From assembly GCF_009914755.1 (NCBI RefSeq), contig NC_060941.1: 64,000 nt of DNA; one strand, written 5' to 3'. Under the pieces are notes generated by a model. The model saw only the letters and a program-made list of their open reading frames with translations, was not told where the DNA came from and made no database searches. Within the stretch, counting starts at the first letter, position 1, and each line of letters opens with the position of its first letter. This DNA is from the human T2T-CHM13v2.0 reference genome, Homo sapiens. A program made the translations under genes and the position numbers. Below are positions 1 to 43,070 of the stretch, piece after piece.

Positions 1-2155
1 GGAGAAGCTCTTGGTCCAGTTCTCTCTGGGTGACCCGGATGGAAACTCCCGCTGCGGCCTGGTCTATAAATACCTGGCACACGGTGGAAAAACAAAAATC
101 TATTTTCCGACTCTTTCCCAGTCTTTCAAGGGAGGGCTTTTCCCTGTGGGCCGGCTGGGTTGGTGGGGTGCAGCGTATCTGTCCCACACTGGTCTTTCTC
201 CCCGCTACCCTTTTCAGTCTGTAGTTATCCGTTATCGCATTTCCTCCCTCCTGTGGGGCAGCCAGGGCAGCTGGTGGGGGAGGCTTTGGTGATGGCTGTG
301 CCTCTTGCAGGGAAGGAGGGAGGGACGCCGGTATGCTCCCTGGAATGGGACACTAATTTGGGGGTTCCCTGAGGCCTGAAGAATTAAGGGGCACCACAGT
401 ACTCCCACAAGAGCCAGTAGACTCACTCTGCTGCTGCTCAGGGTCTATAAGAGGAGGAGCTGAGTGAGGACCGGGCCCCCTGGCCCCTTCTGAAGGCAGC
501 TCCTGCCAGCCACGGTTCCCTCAGAAAAATTCCCGTGCAACTCTGTGGAGGGAAATGGAAAACACCGCGGGCCTATTCCCCTCCCCTCCTCTGCCACTCA
601 GCCGCCAAGGCAGTCTGGAGGTGCCCAGCACAGATGGCCCCCTCCCCAGCACTCAGCCCTTTCAGCAAACACCTTGTTAACTTGAGTGCAGCTGAGCGGC
701 CTGGTTGCTAGGCAACAGCAAAGCCAGAGTGTGGGAATGAGCGCAGCCTGGCCCTGGGGCGGCCTGGTCACTCTGGCCCTGCTGGGGGCCTGGGACTGCC
801 CCAGTGTGAGGGCTCAACAAGGCCCACGCAGCCACACCCTCCCCAACCTTCGCAGTATCAGGACCTTTGCAGGGAGGGTCTCACTCAGGATGCGGTGTCT
901 TGGGCTGGGATGCTTCAGGCCTGGGGTGGGATGGAGAAAGGACTTTAAGAACATCCCCTCTCCATGGGAGTGGGCAGTGACTGTGGCCCCGGAGTGCCCA
1001 TGGGAGGGGCTGGGCCAGTTGCTCCCCTGTCCTGCATGTGGTGGGCAGGGCTGGGGAGTGTCCTTCGATGCCCATGGCCTGGACAACTCCAAGGCACCTG
1101 CCCTCTCCTGGGTAAGGTTTCAGGGGGCCCCACGGTCTGGCAGGGGAGTCTGGTTTTGCTGTTGTGGTGGCCTGGGATTTTTGTTTTTATTTTGACAAAT
1201 AAGACAACCCACCTTGGCAGAGGAAGTGGCTGCCCCCATTTTGGTGGGCTTCCCCAGCAGGAGGCTTCAAGGGTAGCCCCCCTGCTGGCCTTGCTACCTT
1301 GCCAAGAGCTAGGAGGGGGTGGTCCAGGGACACAGCCTGCTTGGCTGGTGATTTCCTGACTTGCAGGGGGCAGCGCCCTGAATCCCTGTGTATTTATCAT
1401 TCACACACTTAATTAAATGAACAGGCAGCAGGCCCTGTGTGAGGCCATTAATTGATACTAAATAACATCAGAGCCATCATCTCAGCATTACTTGTCACAT
1501 CCCATCTCAAACGGAGCAGCTGGATCTGTTCTGATCTGAAGGGACTTAAGCTGAGAGCATGAGACGTTATGAGGCCTGACTTGGCTCCGTGTTGACTCTG
1601 ACTTTCGTCCATTCCTTTCCTTGCTTCCTACCCATTCCCCAAGCCCACTGCCTCCGAACCGGTGAGAGGAGAGTGGTGTTCTGAGCCACAGACTCGGGTT
1701 CCAGGCCCAGATCCACCTCTTACTCTGTATGATTTGGGGCAGTTTCCGCAACTTCTCCAAATCTCGGGTTTCTCTTGTGTAAGATGGCGATCCTGGAACC
1801 CACTTCCTACCTTGCAAGGAAGCCAGCTGGTGTTAAGGAGGCAGTTTCCCATGCCAGGCACACCCTTAATGAATGGTGGCTGTTATTATTAGGATTATGG
1901 GGGGACCTGCCCTTGTCCCCATCTTTTTGGCCTCTGCACTCACCCTTCAGATTCATTCTGGCCTGAGGGCCTGTAGTTGAATTCTGGAAGGCTGTTCTGT
2001 CCCCTCTCTGCCCCCCCATTCCCCGTGTCTCTCAGTTCCCCTGCTGTGGGGTTTGCGCCCCTCCTTTTCTTCATCCTCTCTCGACACTGCCGATATCTGA
2101 AGGCCCCGAGCGCCTGTGACCAGCAGCCCTCCCCTGCCTCCCCCTTTCCCTGTAG

Positions 2156-33916
<31,761 letters not shown>

Positions 33917-34215
33917 GTCCTGCCCCACTTTCCCACTCACCTTTCTCCACTGGGTGCCAAGTCCTAGCTCCTCCTCCTGGGCTATATTCCTGACAAAAGT
34001 TCCATATAGACACCAAGGAGGCGGAGGCGCTCCTCCCTGCCTCAGTGGCTCTGGGTACCTGCAAGCAGAACTTCCAAAGAGAGTTAAAAGCAGCAGCCCC
34101 GGCAACTCTGGCTCCAGGCAGAAGGAGAGGCCCGGTGCAGCTGAGGTTCCCGACACCAGAAGCTGTTGGGAGAAAGCAATACGTTTGTGCAGAATCTCTA
34201 TGTATATTCTATTTT

Positions 34216-34221
34216 ATTAAA
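34216..34221 (+). terminator. Proximal poly(A) signal ATTAAA
   Basis: ATTAAA with upstream TGTA (34201) and a U/GU-rich tract downstream (34255-34300). Confidence 0.55.
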
Positions 34222-34566
34222 TTAATTGAATCTAGTATATGCGGGATGTACGACATTTTGTGACTGAAGAGACTTGTTTCCTTCTACTTTTATGTGTCTC
34301 AGAATATTTTTGAGGCGAAGGCGTCTGTCTCTTGGCTATTTTAACCTAAAATAACAGTCTAGTTATATTCCCTCTTCTTGCAAAGCACAAGCTGGGACCG
34401 CGAGCACATTGCAGCCCCAACGGTGGCCCATCTTCAGCGGAGAGCGAGAACCATTTTGGAAACTGTAATGTAACTTATTTTTTCCTTTAACCTCGTCATC
34501 ATTTTCTGTAGGGAAAAAAAAAAGAAAAAGAAAAAATGAGATTTTACAAGTGAAATGGAACCTTTT

Positions 34567-34612
34567 TATATATACATACATACATATCTATCTATCTATC
34601 TATATATATATA
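34567..34612. repeat. Compound (TA)/(TACA)/(TCTA) microsatellite abutting the distal AATAAA
   Basis: Read directly. Confidence 0.9.
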
Positions 34613-34613
34613 A

Positions 34614-34637
34614 AATAAAGTAATTTTCCTAAATAAA
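34614..34637 (+). terminator. Distal poly(A) signals AATAAA (34614-34619 and 34632-34637)
   Basis: Two canonical hexamers at the end of the AT-rich UTR. Confidence 0.75.
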
Positions 34638-34766
34638 AAGCTAATCACGGTCCAGAGTAAAAGCAAAAGGGATGGAGAGTTAGGCACGTCCAGATGGCAT
34701 TGATGAGAGAGAGATCCTGGAGATGGGGAGTGGGCGGCGGGGAGGGAAGCTTCAGGGCTGCCTCTT

Positions 34767-34848
34767 TGTGTGTGTATGAGTGTGTATGTGTTTGTGTATA
34801 TGAGTGCGTGTGTGTATATGAGTGTGAGAGTGTGTGTGTCTGAGAGTG
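34767..34848. repeat. Degenerate (TG)n repeat
   Basis: Read directly. Confidence 0.85.
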
Positions 34849-37800
34849 AGAGAACCTGAACCCCTTGCTGTGGAAGGCTGCACCTCTAGCCTGCCCTCCC
34901 CAGCCGTGAAGGAGAGGAGGAGCCCCTCCGCCTGGTGCAGGCTGGGGAGGCAGGGTCTCTTCTGCTGCTATCAAAGCTTTACAGCTTCCTCTAGCTAGGC
35001 AGCTCAGTGAATGGGAGTAATTCCAGATTAACTCTTATTTCTGCTGACAGCTATCAGCCGCACATTGAAAGCTGGAAATTGGCATAATGAAGCTGTTTTG
35101 GTTAATGGGGCCGACTGAGGCTGGGGGAGGTTGCCTCAGAGGCTGCAGATCTGGATCTGTGGGTTGGTGGGGGAGGGGGGAAGTGTTTCTGGGTTTTCCT
35201 TCCTGAAGCTTCAGCACGGATTTGCCACACTTCTGGCTGGATGCGTGACCTGAGCTGTCTGGACTTCAGCCTCCTGCCTTGGGGGCGGGCTTAGCTGACT
35301 GGCATTACAGGCACTGTCCGATGGGGACCTCGTCCACCTGCCCGCAATGGAATTAAACCGTGTCAACGGAGTGGGCTGTGCTTCCTGAGGATGAGAGTCC
35401 AGGGCTGGGCGTCCAGAGGCAACCTCCTGGTGGAGGTGGTAGGGTCAGAGGCCAGGTGCTGAGTGGGGAGCTGGCCCCCTGGGCGGTGATGAGCGAGCGC
35501 TCAAGATGTTTACATGCACTGCTGCTGCTGCCTGCCTAGCGGGAGCCAGTGGAGGAGGGAGGTGTGAAGGTGGCCAGGGGCAGGCAGACAGGAAGAGGGG
35601 GAGTGGCGTGGCCCAGGCCACCTGTCTGGTGCTACTGCAGACAATATTCTCTTGTCTGAAATCTTGGTGCCAAGAGGTGGTGACCATGGGTCCAGCCAGC
35701 CTGTCACCTAGCCACCTCCCAAACATCTGTCCCAATCCCACTCCCTTGAACAGCCCCCTCCCCTCGCCCCCAGGGCCTTCAAACCCCAGGATTGGATTGG
35801 GTTTTTGAAACCTCAGTGGCAACGCTCGCTCACAAACCGTCTGATCCGGTCAACTGGGAGCTGGGGGCACCAGGCTGCCGGGCGAGTGGACCTGGAGGCG
35901 TTGTCCAGCATTGTTTTCTAAGCTGGGTGAGAGCTTTTCTCATTGCTCTTTTGGACAGAACTCATACCGCTCCTTGAAGCCAAAGCCTGGTTTTATCCTT
36001 TTAGGGTGTGCAATAATGTCAAACTTTTTCCTCTGGCCTCCTTGGGTGGGGAGAGGGAGTGCTTGTAGGAGCTGCCATTTAAGATAAAAAAAGCAAAGCT
36101 GTACAAAATTCCTAGAGTTCTGTCACCTGGATCTGCAGACTAAGCTTTTATATTTTTGTAGAATTCTATAGCTGTCTATTCCCTAATGACGTTGGAGGGT
36201 ATGGGGAGGGGGTTCTGGGATCTTTCATTCTCCTAGTGGTTAGAAGATTCTGGGTCAAGGTGAAGCCAGAGAGCTGGACTCCTACCCCTCCCCACTCTTC
36301 CAGCACCCCCTCTCCCCGCTCCCGACCACCAGCCCAGCAGCACTAGAGTACTGGAGAGTTGCTTAGGTTGAGTCTTAGCATGCCTGGTTCTTTGTGCGTT
36401 CCTCTTCCCCTGGCCTCCTCTTCCCAGTAGGGACCAAGGAATTTGGGGTGAACTTACTATGCTTTTGGGTTGCTCTGTAGAGATCTGCAGGGACCAGCCC
36501 AGTGAAAACAAAAAGGTTCCCCTATTCCCTCCCCAGCAGCCCTCTCTGTGGCCTGGAGGGTTTCTCTGGAAGAGGGCAGTGCCTGGAGGGGAGCCTCTGG
36601 ATAGTGATGTGGAAATATTAACAACAGAGTCAAAGCGGGTATTTTGGGGTAGTCGGGGAGAAAACTGTGACCTCTCCCCCCAATGATGTAAAATCTTTAT
36701 CAATGATGGAAACTGTTGTGTCTCATTAAAAGGGTTTTGAGGTGGAAAAGCAGCTGCCGCTGGATCTTAATAATAATATCAAACTGCTAACCTCATGCTG
36801 CTTGTCTGGGTGGTTATTTGATGCTGCTCTGGGATACATAAGGGGTGGGGGTAGGGGGTGGAGAAAATGAAGGAGGCTGGGATGGGGAGTGGATGGTGGG
36901 GGCAGCAGGTCTTGGATGAGGACTCCAGGGGCAGAATGGAACTGGCTAGGGGCTTCAGGGATGTGGGGGCTTTTAGAATTAGGAATATCTACCCTGGTGC
37001 CTTTGTCCTCAGCCTTCCCCTTCGGGGTTCAGAAGAAATTGTGACAGCGGCTGTAGGCCCCCACCTCAAGCTTGGCTGTTTCTGCTTCCTCCACCCCCAA
37101 GACTCCAGGAAAAGGTCTGTGTGGGGGTGGGGACTGGGAAGAGGAGTGAGCTGAGCTGGGGATAAAAACAAATCTGAGGCTCATATGCAGTCTCTCACTC
37201 CTCAACACACCCTAGCAAGGGAAGTCTGATTGCTATTTCTCCATGAGGCAGCGGGGTTCAGAGAGGTTAAGTGAATTGCCCGTGGTCACACAGCCAGGAG
37301 ATGGCAGAGCTGAGATTTGACCCTACGTCTGGCCAACCTCCAGCCCACACTACTCCTGTCTCTTCTCAGTGTGGAGGAAATGGGGCACGATGGGAAGAAT
37401 CCTGCTCAAAAAATGACTTGCTGGTGGGCGCTTTTCCAAAGTAGTCACATTCACGTTCATACAAATATGCACACGTGTTCCCCGCATGGCAAACTCAGAG
37501 GCTTAGAGAGGCCCCCAGCCTCCCACCTGGTGGGCCACCAGCTTTTGGCCATAGGGAATGGTGGTGAGAGGAGTTCAATCACAGGAGAAGGCATCCCTCA
37601 GCTCCAGGCGCTTGTCCAAGAGCTGGCCAAGGGTAGCTCTGCAATCACTGTGGGTTCCCAGGCTCCACCCTTCCGCAGCATAACGCTGCCCTTGAACCCC
37701 ATGGTACCTGTTCTTTTCCCCATCCCGCCTTCTTCTCTCTTCCTCTCCTCTAACCCTGCCCTACCTAAACCTCACCCACTTTCCAAACAGCTTTCACTCC

Positions 37801-40800
37801 TATCTCCACCCTAGTCCCCACCTGCCACAGCCTGGTGCCCCATGGCCTATTTTCTCTTCCCTTGGGCCAGCTGAGCAGCCCGTGGAGTGGGGCTGGCAAC
37901 AGCAGTGCAATGAGGGCATCAGACACCAGGTGGCGGCACAGGGCACCCTCACCTGGTGCCACCTGGTGCCCCTCCTGCAAAGGGACCAAGCCAGGGAGAG
38001 GGCACCAACACCGATGGACACCTTCTAGGGACAGGTGCCCTGTATAACCTCAGAAGGAGGAAGCAGGCCTGCAGGGCCCAGTGAAGGACTTTGTGTATGG
38101 AGAAGCCCAAACAGGAATCCCCGCCATCTGAGTGCTGAGCCCACGGTGTTCAATATCCCTTGGCTAAAGCTAGGAGACTCAGGGCTAATCCAGGACAATG
38201 GTTGCCAGGAGGGAAACGAACTCTCAAAGCAAGTTGAGTTGTGGCCTGGAGTCCCACTCCAGGGCACAGCAAGGCAGGTCAAGGAGGCAGCTGCTCCAGC
38301 TAAGCCCCAAAAGGGAATTCTGCTAAGAATTTTGAAACTGTGTGTCTTAGCCTTGGTTCCAGGTGTGGGATCTGCGAACTGTGGCCCACAGAGCTAATTA
38401 ATTCTTCTTGCTTTGAAAACTCCAGAATTGGGCACAGCAGCCAGCACTCTCCCCTGCATGCCAAATCAGATCAAGTGCAGGTTGGCGGCAGAGGGGCAGC
38501 CTCACTGAGGGCCATGAGTGGGGCCAGTGGGGCCACCATTAGGCTGGGGTCTGGAGGAAGCAGACCCCACTTCAGGGGAGAGGACAAGGGGGAGGCTGGG
38601 GCGTGGGAGCTGCAGCCTGGTTTGGGGGTGCTCCAAGCCTCCAAGGAGCCGCAAGGGGCTAAAAGGAATCAGGCAGTGCTTGGAGGGGAAGCTTTGCTAT
38701 TCCACACCCTGCCCCTCTGTCTTGTCAGTTCCAACCTGCCTCTCTCCCTTCGGAGCATTTCCTGTGCCTGGGTCTCCCCATTGCCCCCATTCTGCTTTCT
38801 TCTCTCTGCTGTCATGCTTGCTCTGAGCTGTACCTTGCAATTATTTTATCTTTCCATCTCCTTGCCAGGAAATCCTTGACGCCGGGTTCCCCTGGGACAC
38901 TCACTGCGGGGGAGGCACCGCACATGCTCCATCCATCCTGCCTGGAGCAGCAGTCAGTTGGGGAGGGAGGATGGGGCTTGGGCCATGAAGGCTGGGGGAG
39001 GTTTGGTCCATTTCTCTGCTGCAGCCCAACCCACAAGGCCGTTACTGCTTCTCCGGAGCCCTTCCAGCAAGAACCATCTTGGTTCTGAACACTCAAAAGC
39101 AAAGTGGGCAGTGCCCACTGCTGGGACTGTACTTAATGCCACAGTGGCCTTGTTACCTATGACTCCTTCTTAGGAAATGAGGTGTTTGCTTAATCAGTCA
39201 ACAACACTTCCTGAGGACCAACTTCTCCAGGCACTGTCCTGGGTGCTGAGGATACAGTGATAAACAAACTTCAGTCCCTACCCTCAAGGTGTCCACAGTC
39301 CTCTGGGGGAGGTAAGCAAGACATCAGTGATTACAAGTGGGGGAAGCCTCCTAGCCCAGGACTGGGTTGGGGAGGTCCAAGGAAGGCTTTGACGGGGAGG
39401 GGGGCTTGAGCGAACTCTTGAAGAAGTTTGCCACTTGCAGAAAGGGAGGTAGGGTGTAGGTAGGAGAGTGCACCAAGCAGCCTTGAAGACAGATACAGGA
39501 AGTGCATCCCGCTCAAGGAGACTGCGCAGAAACAGTCTCCTCGGCAGACGTGGGGCGCCTCCTGCGTGTGCTGGGATAAGCTCTGTGGCGCTGAGCAAGC
39601 TGTAGGGTGTCTCAGGGCCTCAGATTTCTTGCTCTGGTGAGAACAACCAAAACAATAACATCCTAGAAATATTGTGGTTATTATTCAAGGGCTCTGTGAA
39701 AGGGGACACACTTCCTGAGTGGCCTGGAGGGGTAAAGCCCCAATACCTCAAGAGAGATGGGGGAAGGTGAGGATCGCTAAGGGCCCCCACCACGCCCTCA
39801 GAGTGCCCAACCCAGTGCTATAGCCTTGGGAAAGCAATAGCGATAGAAAAGCCTGGGGCTGCAAGGGATGGTGCTTCAGCTCCGATGCTGAAGCCAGAAC
39901 CCAAGGGTCCTAGCCCAAAACTAGAGCTCCAGCCAGTGCACTGCCTGGCCAACTGTGGGGCTGGAAAGTCCCGGACGGAAGCTCAGGCTAGTTCTGGGCT
40001 CTCCATCTCAGAAAGGAGGTCTGATTGGGGAGCTCACCTCCCAAAGGGCCCTAAAGGAAAGTCCCCAGGTCTCCTCAAGCCCAGAGCAATCTGGTGCCTA
40101 TGACCCCACAAGCCCTAGAAAAGGAATGGGAGAGGAGGGAGAGTTGGAGGAAGCCGGTGGGTAGACAAGGTCAAAACACAGGGGCAGTGGGTGCTGATGA
40201 AGCCATGACCAGGGTCATGGAAGGGGTGGAGGAAGGTTCCCAGCTGCCTAGGCCATAGAAGCCTGGCCCACCAGGGCTGGAAGAGAGCTTAGATATCACC
40301 CTGTCCACGTTTCTCAAGAAATGAAGTCCCAGAGGCATCAAGGAGCTTATTGAGATCACACAGTGTATAAAAGGTATGGAGGGGGATTGGAGGGGACTGA
40401 GTTAGTCCCTGCCCTTGGGGACCTCTCAGATTAGCAGGGAAGACAGACTCTTCATAACTAAATATAATCCAAGGCACGCCGTAACAAGGTGTAAAGCTCT
40501 GTAAAGTATTTTGCCCAGAGATGAAGGTAGGGGGACAGGAGAGGGAGGGTATGTGTGGATGAGTGGAAAGGAAGAGGGCAGACAAAGAAGGGGCTGAAAG
40601 AACTTGCCCAGTGGAGGGGTAGAAGTCCCTGGTCTGACTGCCTGGGAAAGGGGAATCTTCTCCACTCCCACCCCTATCCCATGCCCAGCCAGATCTTGGT
40701 TCTGATAGCCTATAGCCAAGGAGACTTCCCTTCTAGTGACCTCCTGGCTGCCCAGAGAGATAGGAGGTGGCTTGCCCCTTCTGCACTCTTACTGGCTCCC

Positions 40801-41699
40801 ACCCACACCTGCCGCTGAGCAGCCAAGGAAGGAAACACCTTCTCTTGAGAACAAGGGCCAGAAAAGGGGTCACCGGGGTGAAACTGGACAGACCTGTGGG
40901 CAAAGGCAGGGAAGAGAAGGGCCAGGGAAAGATTTGCCAGGGAGAATTCCTTCTGAGCCCCAACAAGCGGTGCTGAGTTGGCGTCTGGGATTGTGTTAAG
41001 GAAGACAGGGCAACAGCGGGATTGAGAGATGGAGGGATCCCCGCATCTGAGGGGATACCGGGAGAAGGAGAGCTGAGGCAAGCAGGAGAAGGAGAGCACT
41101 GACAAGCCCATTTTACAGATCAGGAATGTAGAGTTTCAGCCTTAGGAGGAGGACGAGGACGAGGACACTCACGTGGGGCTCCTCCTGGGGCTTCACCTGT
41201 CCTTCCCCCCCCAACCCTGATCAGGCTGAAGCAGAGGGAATTCACACATGTTGGGTGCCCACTAAGTGTGCCAGGAAATACGCTTTGCCTACCCTTTCCA
41301 TTCAATCCTCAGAGAACCCTGGGAGGAAGATTCTCTTCTATGATTGTCTCTATTTTACGGATGTGAAAGTAGAGGCCCAGAGACGTGCCGAGGTGATGTG
41401 GCAAGGTCAGGGAGCCACAGAGCCTAAGAGGGCAGCAGTTTAAGAGGACATAAGAGGCCCCCGCTGGACGATGCTGCGGCCCCCACCCCCGCCTCACGGG
41501 TACACACCCGCGGAGCACACCCCGTGTGCTCCCCGTGTGGCGCCTGCCAGTGGTCTCTGGAACCTGATGGGGAAGAGGTCAGCTTCCTGATTGAGCACAG
41601 AAGCCCTTCCCATTTTACAGATGAGGAAACTGACCTCCGGAGAGGAACGTGACCTTCTCAAAGATTCCTTTTTTACTAGGAAAGATTGTTAAATCCCTC

Positions 41700-42520
41700 T
41701 CCCTACGTCCCCTACTCAATGACTCATCGGCCCCACGGACTTGTTCGGGAGTGGGAGCGCCTGTGTATCCCAGTTCCCCCTTGGAAATAGACTCGACTCC
41801 TGGACTGTTAGCCTCGGTATTTAGAGAGACATCCCCCTGGCTTGGCCCAGGGGCCGCTCGCAGGGGCTGTCGCCGTGCCAAGGGCCCCCCCACCTCTGCC
41901 CCAAAGTCCCTCCCAGGGAGGCGCTGTCGCAACCCGCGGGACGGGGGCAGGGAGACCGGACCCAGAGGCACTGGGGTAGGGCTCGGCAGGGCGGGTCCGG
42001 GCGGAGCGCGGGGTGCGGAGGGCGGAGGCGGCTCCGGCGCCCGCTCTGCCCGCCGCTGGGTCCGACCGCGCTCGCCTTCCTTGCAGCCGCGCCTCGGCCC
42101 CATGGACGCCCTGTGCGGTTCCGGGGAGCTCGGCTCCAAGTTCTGGGTAAGGCGCGGGGCTCCGGGGTCACTGCGCGGGGGCCAGGGTCGGCCGGCTTCG
42201 CCCGGTCCCCGCCGCCTGCCTTCCCGCGGGGCCGGCAGGTATCCCGGGACGGAGCCCCTGAGACGGCCTGGGCGCCCGGGAGGGGGCGATGGGCTCGGGA
42301 GGGAGGTTGGCTGCGCCGCCCGGAGCCGGGTCCCACGCGGTGTCGGGGACCTGCCCTGCTCTGCCCTTCCCGGCTGCAGCACTGGGGAGCCCGGGAAAGT
42401 GAGGAAGAGTGCGCGGCTGGGGCGCAAAGGCACAGTGCGTGGCTGGGTGAGTCGGCTCCATCCCAGCCCCTCCGTCGGGTGCGGAAGGGGCGTTTCGCAA
42501 TCAGCCGCGGGTTCCTGATG
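41700..42520 (+). promoter_or_regulatory. ABCC3: ABCC3 TATA-less CpG-island promoter: Sp1 GC boxes (41989-42030), AP-1 ATGACTCAT (41719-41727), LRH-1/NR5A2-like CCAAGGGCC (41878-41886)
   Basis: Sharp rise in CpG density around exon 1; repeated GGGCGG; motifs read directly. Confidence 0.85.
42102..42146 (+). CDS. ABCC3: ABCC3 (MRP3) exon 1 coding part (MDALCGSGELGSKFW)
   Basis: ccccATGG start; TTCTGG|gtaagg donor; MRP3 N-terminus. Confidence 0.97.
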
Positions 42521-42901
42521 GAGGGTCTTCCCTCAGCATCTGCCTCAGGTTAGGACTCGGTTGCCCACCTGGGCATGGATTGCCCCCAGGGCATCCAGAG
42601 CACCTGCTCAACCAGGTGTTTTGGGAGGCCGGCTGTGCAGTGTCCCACCCTTCTTAGGAAGGTTTCCTGCCACCTTCTTTTCTCTAGGTAAGACTGAGGT
42701 CTGAGAGCAGGCCATCCCCACCACTCCGGACTCAGAAGGGAGAAGCAGACCCCAGTCTGGAGACAGGTGCAGGGTGTCAGGATTCCTGTAGTCCAACTCC
42801 CTTCTCACAGATGGAGAAAGGGAGGCCCAGAGAGAGGAAGGGACTTGCCCAAAGTTACCCAGTTCAATGAAGGCAGAGCTGGGATAGAAAAACAGGCTAC
42901 A

Positions 42902-43070
42902 GGCCAGGTGCAGTGGTTCACGCCTGTAATCCCACCCTTTGGGAGGCAGAGGTGGGAGGATCACTTCAGCCCAGGAGTTTTAGATTACTGTGAGCTATGA
43001 TCGCACCACTGCACTGTGGCCTGGGCGAAAGAGTGAGACCCTGTCTCTAAAAAAATAAATAAATAAGAAA
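42902..43070 (+). mobile_element. Alu monomer (FRAM/FLAM-like)
   Basis: Single Alu arm with A tail. Confidence 0.8.

Larger units (their letters stand above)
33917..34655 (+). other. CACNA1G: CACNA1G 3'UTR (end approximate)
   Basis: Follows the stop codon; AT-rich; ends near the AATAAA pair. Confidence 0.8.

Noticed and set aside
41575-41655. Nuclear-receptor half-sites (AGGTCA, TGACCT x2) upstream of ABCC3
   Set aside because: Spacing (13 nt or more) fits no standard DR/IR/ER element, and the sites partly lie in a MIR remnant
41615-42553. Long overlapping ORFs (289 aa + in frame with the ABCC3 ATG, 272 aa -, and others)
   Set aside because: CpG-island composition depletes stop codons; the products are G/R/P/A low-complexity, the + ORF starts at a non-ATG codon upstream of the GC-box core promoter, and it runs through the exon 1 donor
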